Source: Nemertoderma westbladi
Lineage: Eukaryota > Animalia > Xenacoelomorpha
Direction of reading: 5' to 3'
DNA length: 43,031 nt
Assembly: GCA_032718475.1 (NCBI GenBank)
Contig: JAUCBJ010003487.1
Span: 1-43,031 of the forward strand
Translations under genes and position numbers: made by a program
Notes under the pieces: generated by a model
What the model saw: the letters and a program-made list of their open reading frames with translations, nothing else
Databases searched by the model: none
What the model was told of the DNA's origin: nothing
In this document: positions 41,377 to 43,031 of the stretch, in pieces
Numbering within the stretch: position 1 is the stretch's first letter
Layout of the letters: every line of letters starts with the position of its first letter

Positions 41377-42639
41377 CCATTGTAAATGTGTCAAAAGCAC
41401 AGAATTTTCGAGAAATGTTCAACGCAAAACATGTAAATATACTTTAATATTGTAGATTCCACTTTTAGTTCCCTTGGAGCTAAATTTGACTTTATAAAAT
41501 AAAATAATACATATTTTGGTAAAGTACGTGACATTCAAATTGCCTCATGCAAAAATCAAAAGTATTAGTCAGTCAACTCGTTTTAGATCATGAACAACGT
41601 GGCATTGCATTCCCAAAATGTATATATTCCATCTGAAAAGGCTGAAAATAGCAAAACTGTATTGCATTGTATCAAATTTTCAAAAAACACAATGTCTCTA
41701 ATTTTGACAAAAAAATTGAAATTTTAACGCACCAGCTACCAGAGCAATTTACGATACTAAAATTTATATATTTGAGATTTATAGTTTCAGATTCGTATTC
41801 TGCGATAAATTTCGATCTAGTAAAAGTTCACAAAAGCCAACAATACCTAACTTTTAGAAATGAGCCCTTGGTTGACGTTATCGTGGAACGTGCCAGTAAT
41901 ACATTCTGGAATACGGCAATTGAAGTTGTTTCCATGACATTGATTACTTTGCAGCGTTCCGTCCTATACGCCGCAACGCTGCAAAGTAGTACTTTGCAGC
42001 GTTACGAGTAATTCACCAGAACGCAGTTAAGTTGACATAATGTAACAAAATAATTAATTCAGTTAGGTATGCTATTTTCAGTTCGAATTGGAAATAGTAC
42101 AAATAATTTACTATTCATTATTTGAAATTATGTGGTATTTTCAATAAAGTCTCCATTATATTCTGGGTCCAATTACAGTTACTAAATTCGCAATTCGCTT
42201 CAGCGTCGTAAACTGTAAAAGCTAATGTTATTTAATTATTGTATCATTTTGTACATTCAACTCTCGGCTTTATTCTCCCGTCTATATCGATAACAACGCT
42301 CAATGAATGATTCCATTTAAGCTACTACTGTGTCGAATTCAGCTAATACTGTAGTATTTGAAAGATCCAGGTTAAGAAGGTAAAAAAATCCATTAACTAT
42401 AAATTACATTAAGCCTTTCTCAGTCCCACTACAAATTTGGCATCAGCTCTATTATTTATGTAATGAAAAATGAAGTCTTGAAGGATGGATAATGCACATC
42501 GGCCCGTGGGAATTGAACAGTTTACGGGAGGGGGAGTGAGTTGGTGGTCCATGCGGGGAGAGTTCACCTACTATCACCAATCAAGTTATCAACGTACTAA
42601 ATCTTTTCCAGGTCTTTTAATTAAAAAAAATATTTTAAG

Positions 42640-42719
42640 GACCCCCTTGGAAATAAGTAAGAACCCCTTGGAAATAAGCTGCAAAGCTTTAGGGTAATCC
42701 TATATGTTATGTTGGCCAA
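42640..42719 (+). repeat. Dispersed LINE/SINE 3'-tail-like repeat, copy 2
   Basis: Homologous to 6221-6268, with a local duplication of ccccttggaaataag. Confidence 0.6.
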
Positions 42720-43031
42720 TGTTTCCACTTTATAGTCCCTACAGTAGGTTGGCCTACTGGCCTCCTTTATTAGGCTTGCATGCCAATTATAACTACAGTA
42801 GTGGCGTGCAAGCACGCGGGGTGTATATCTGTAAACCATTACTACACAACACAGACAGATACCATCAGCTGAGACAAAAATACCAACGTTTACCACTCAT
42901 GATTATTATTACACCAATTATTGCAGTACTAGGCCTACAGTTGAAGGCCTACTGTACATAATTACTAAAATTCATTCACCTGGAATTAGTAATAAATTCA
43001 CATTCGCCCATATCTTGACTGATTAGGATAT

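Overview
AT-rich eukaryotic (probably marine invertebrate) genomic DNA dominated by nested LTR retrotransposons. From left to right: (i) the 5' half of an LTR element on the minus strand (gag-like ORF running off the left edge, ~1 kb LTR) inserted into an old LTR fragment of a BEL/Pao family; (ii) an intronless, divergent USP6NL-like TBC (Rab-GAP) ORF next to a 4x74 bp tRNA-like array; (iii) a young, full-length but non-autonomous BEL/Pao element (8850-21987, GAGTA TSD, near-identical LTRs, gag-protease kept, RT and integrase deleted in frame); (iv) SINE, LINE, MITE and hairpin debris; (v) a second copy of the same BEL family (minus strand) whose gag-protease is fused in frame to the 3' end of a LINE; (vi) a third, degenerate BEL/Pao element, interrupted in its integrase by copy 2, whose putative LTR holds arrays of tetraloop hairpins. 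The main result: the BEL family has no tRNA primer-binding site. The 11-12 nt directly after its 5' LTR are perfectly complementary to a site inside the LTR, and the two copies show a compensatory A-T to G-C change in that pairing. Together with covarying U5 stems and a U5-leader duplex, this points to Tf1-style tRNA-independent self-priming in a BEL/Pao element. All calls are by eye and no searches were run.
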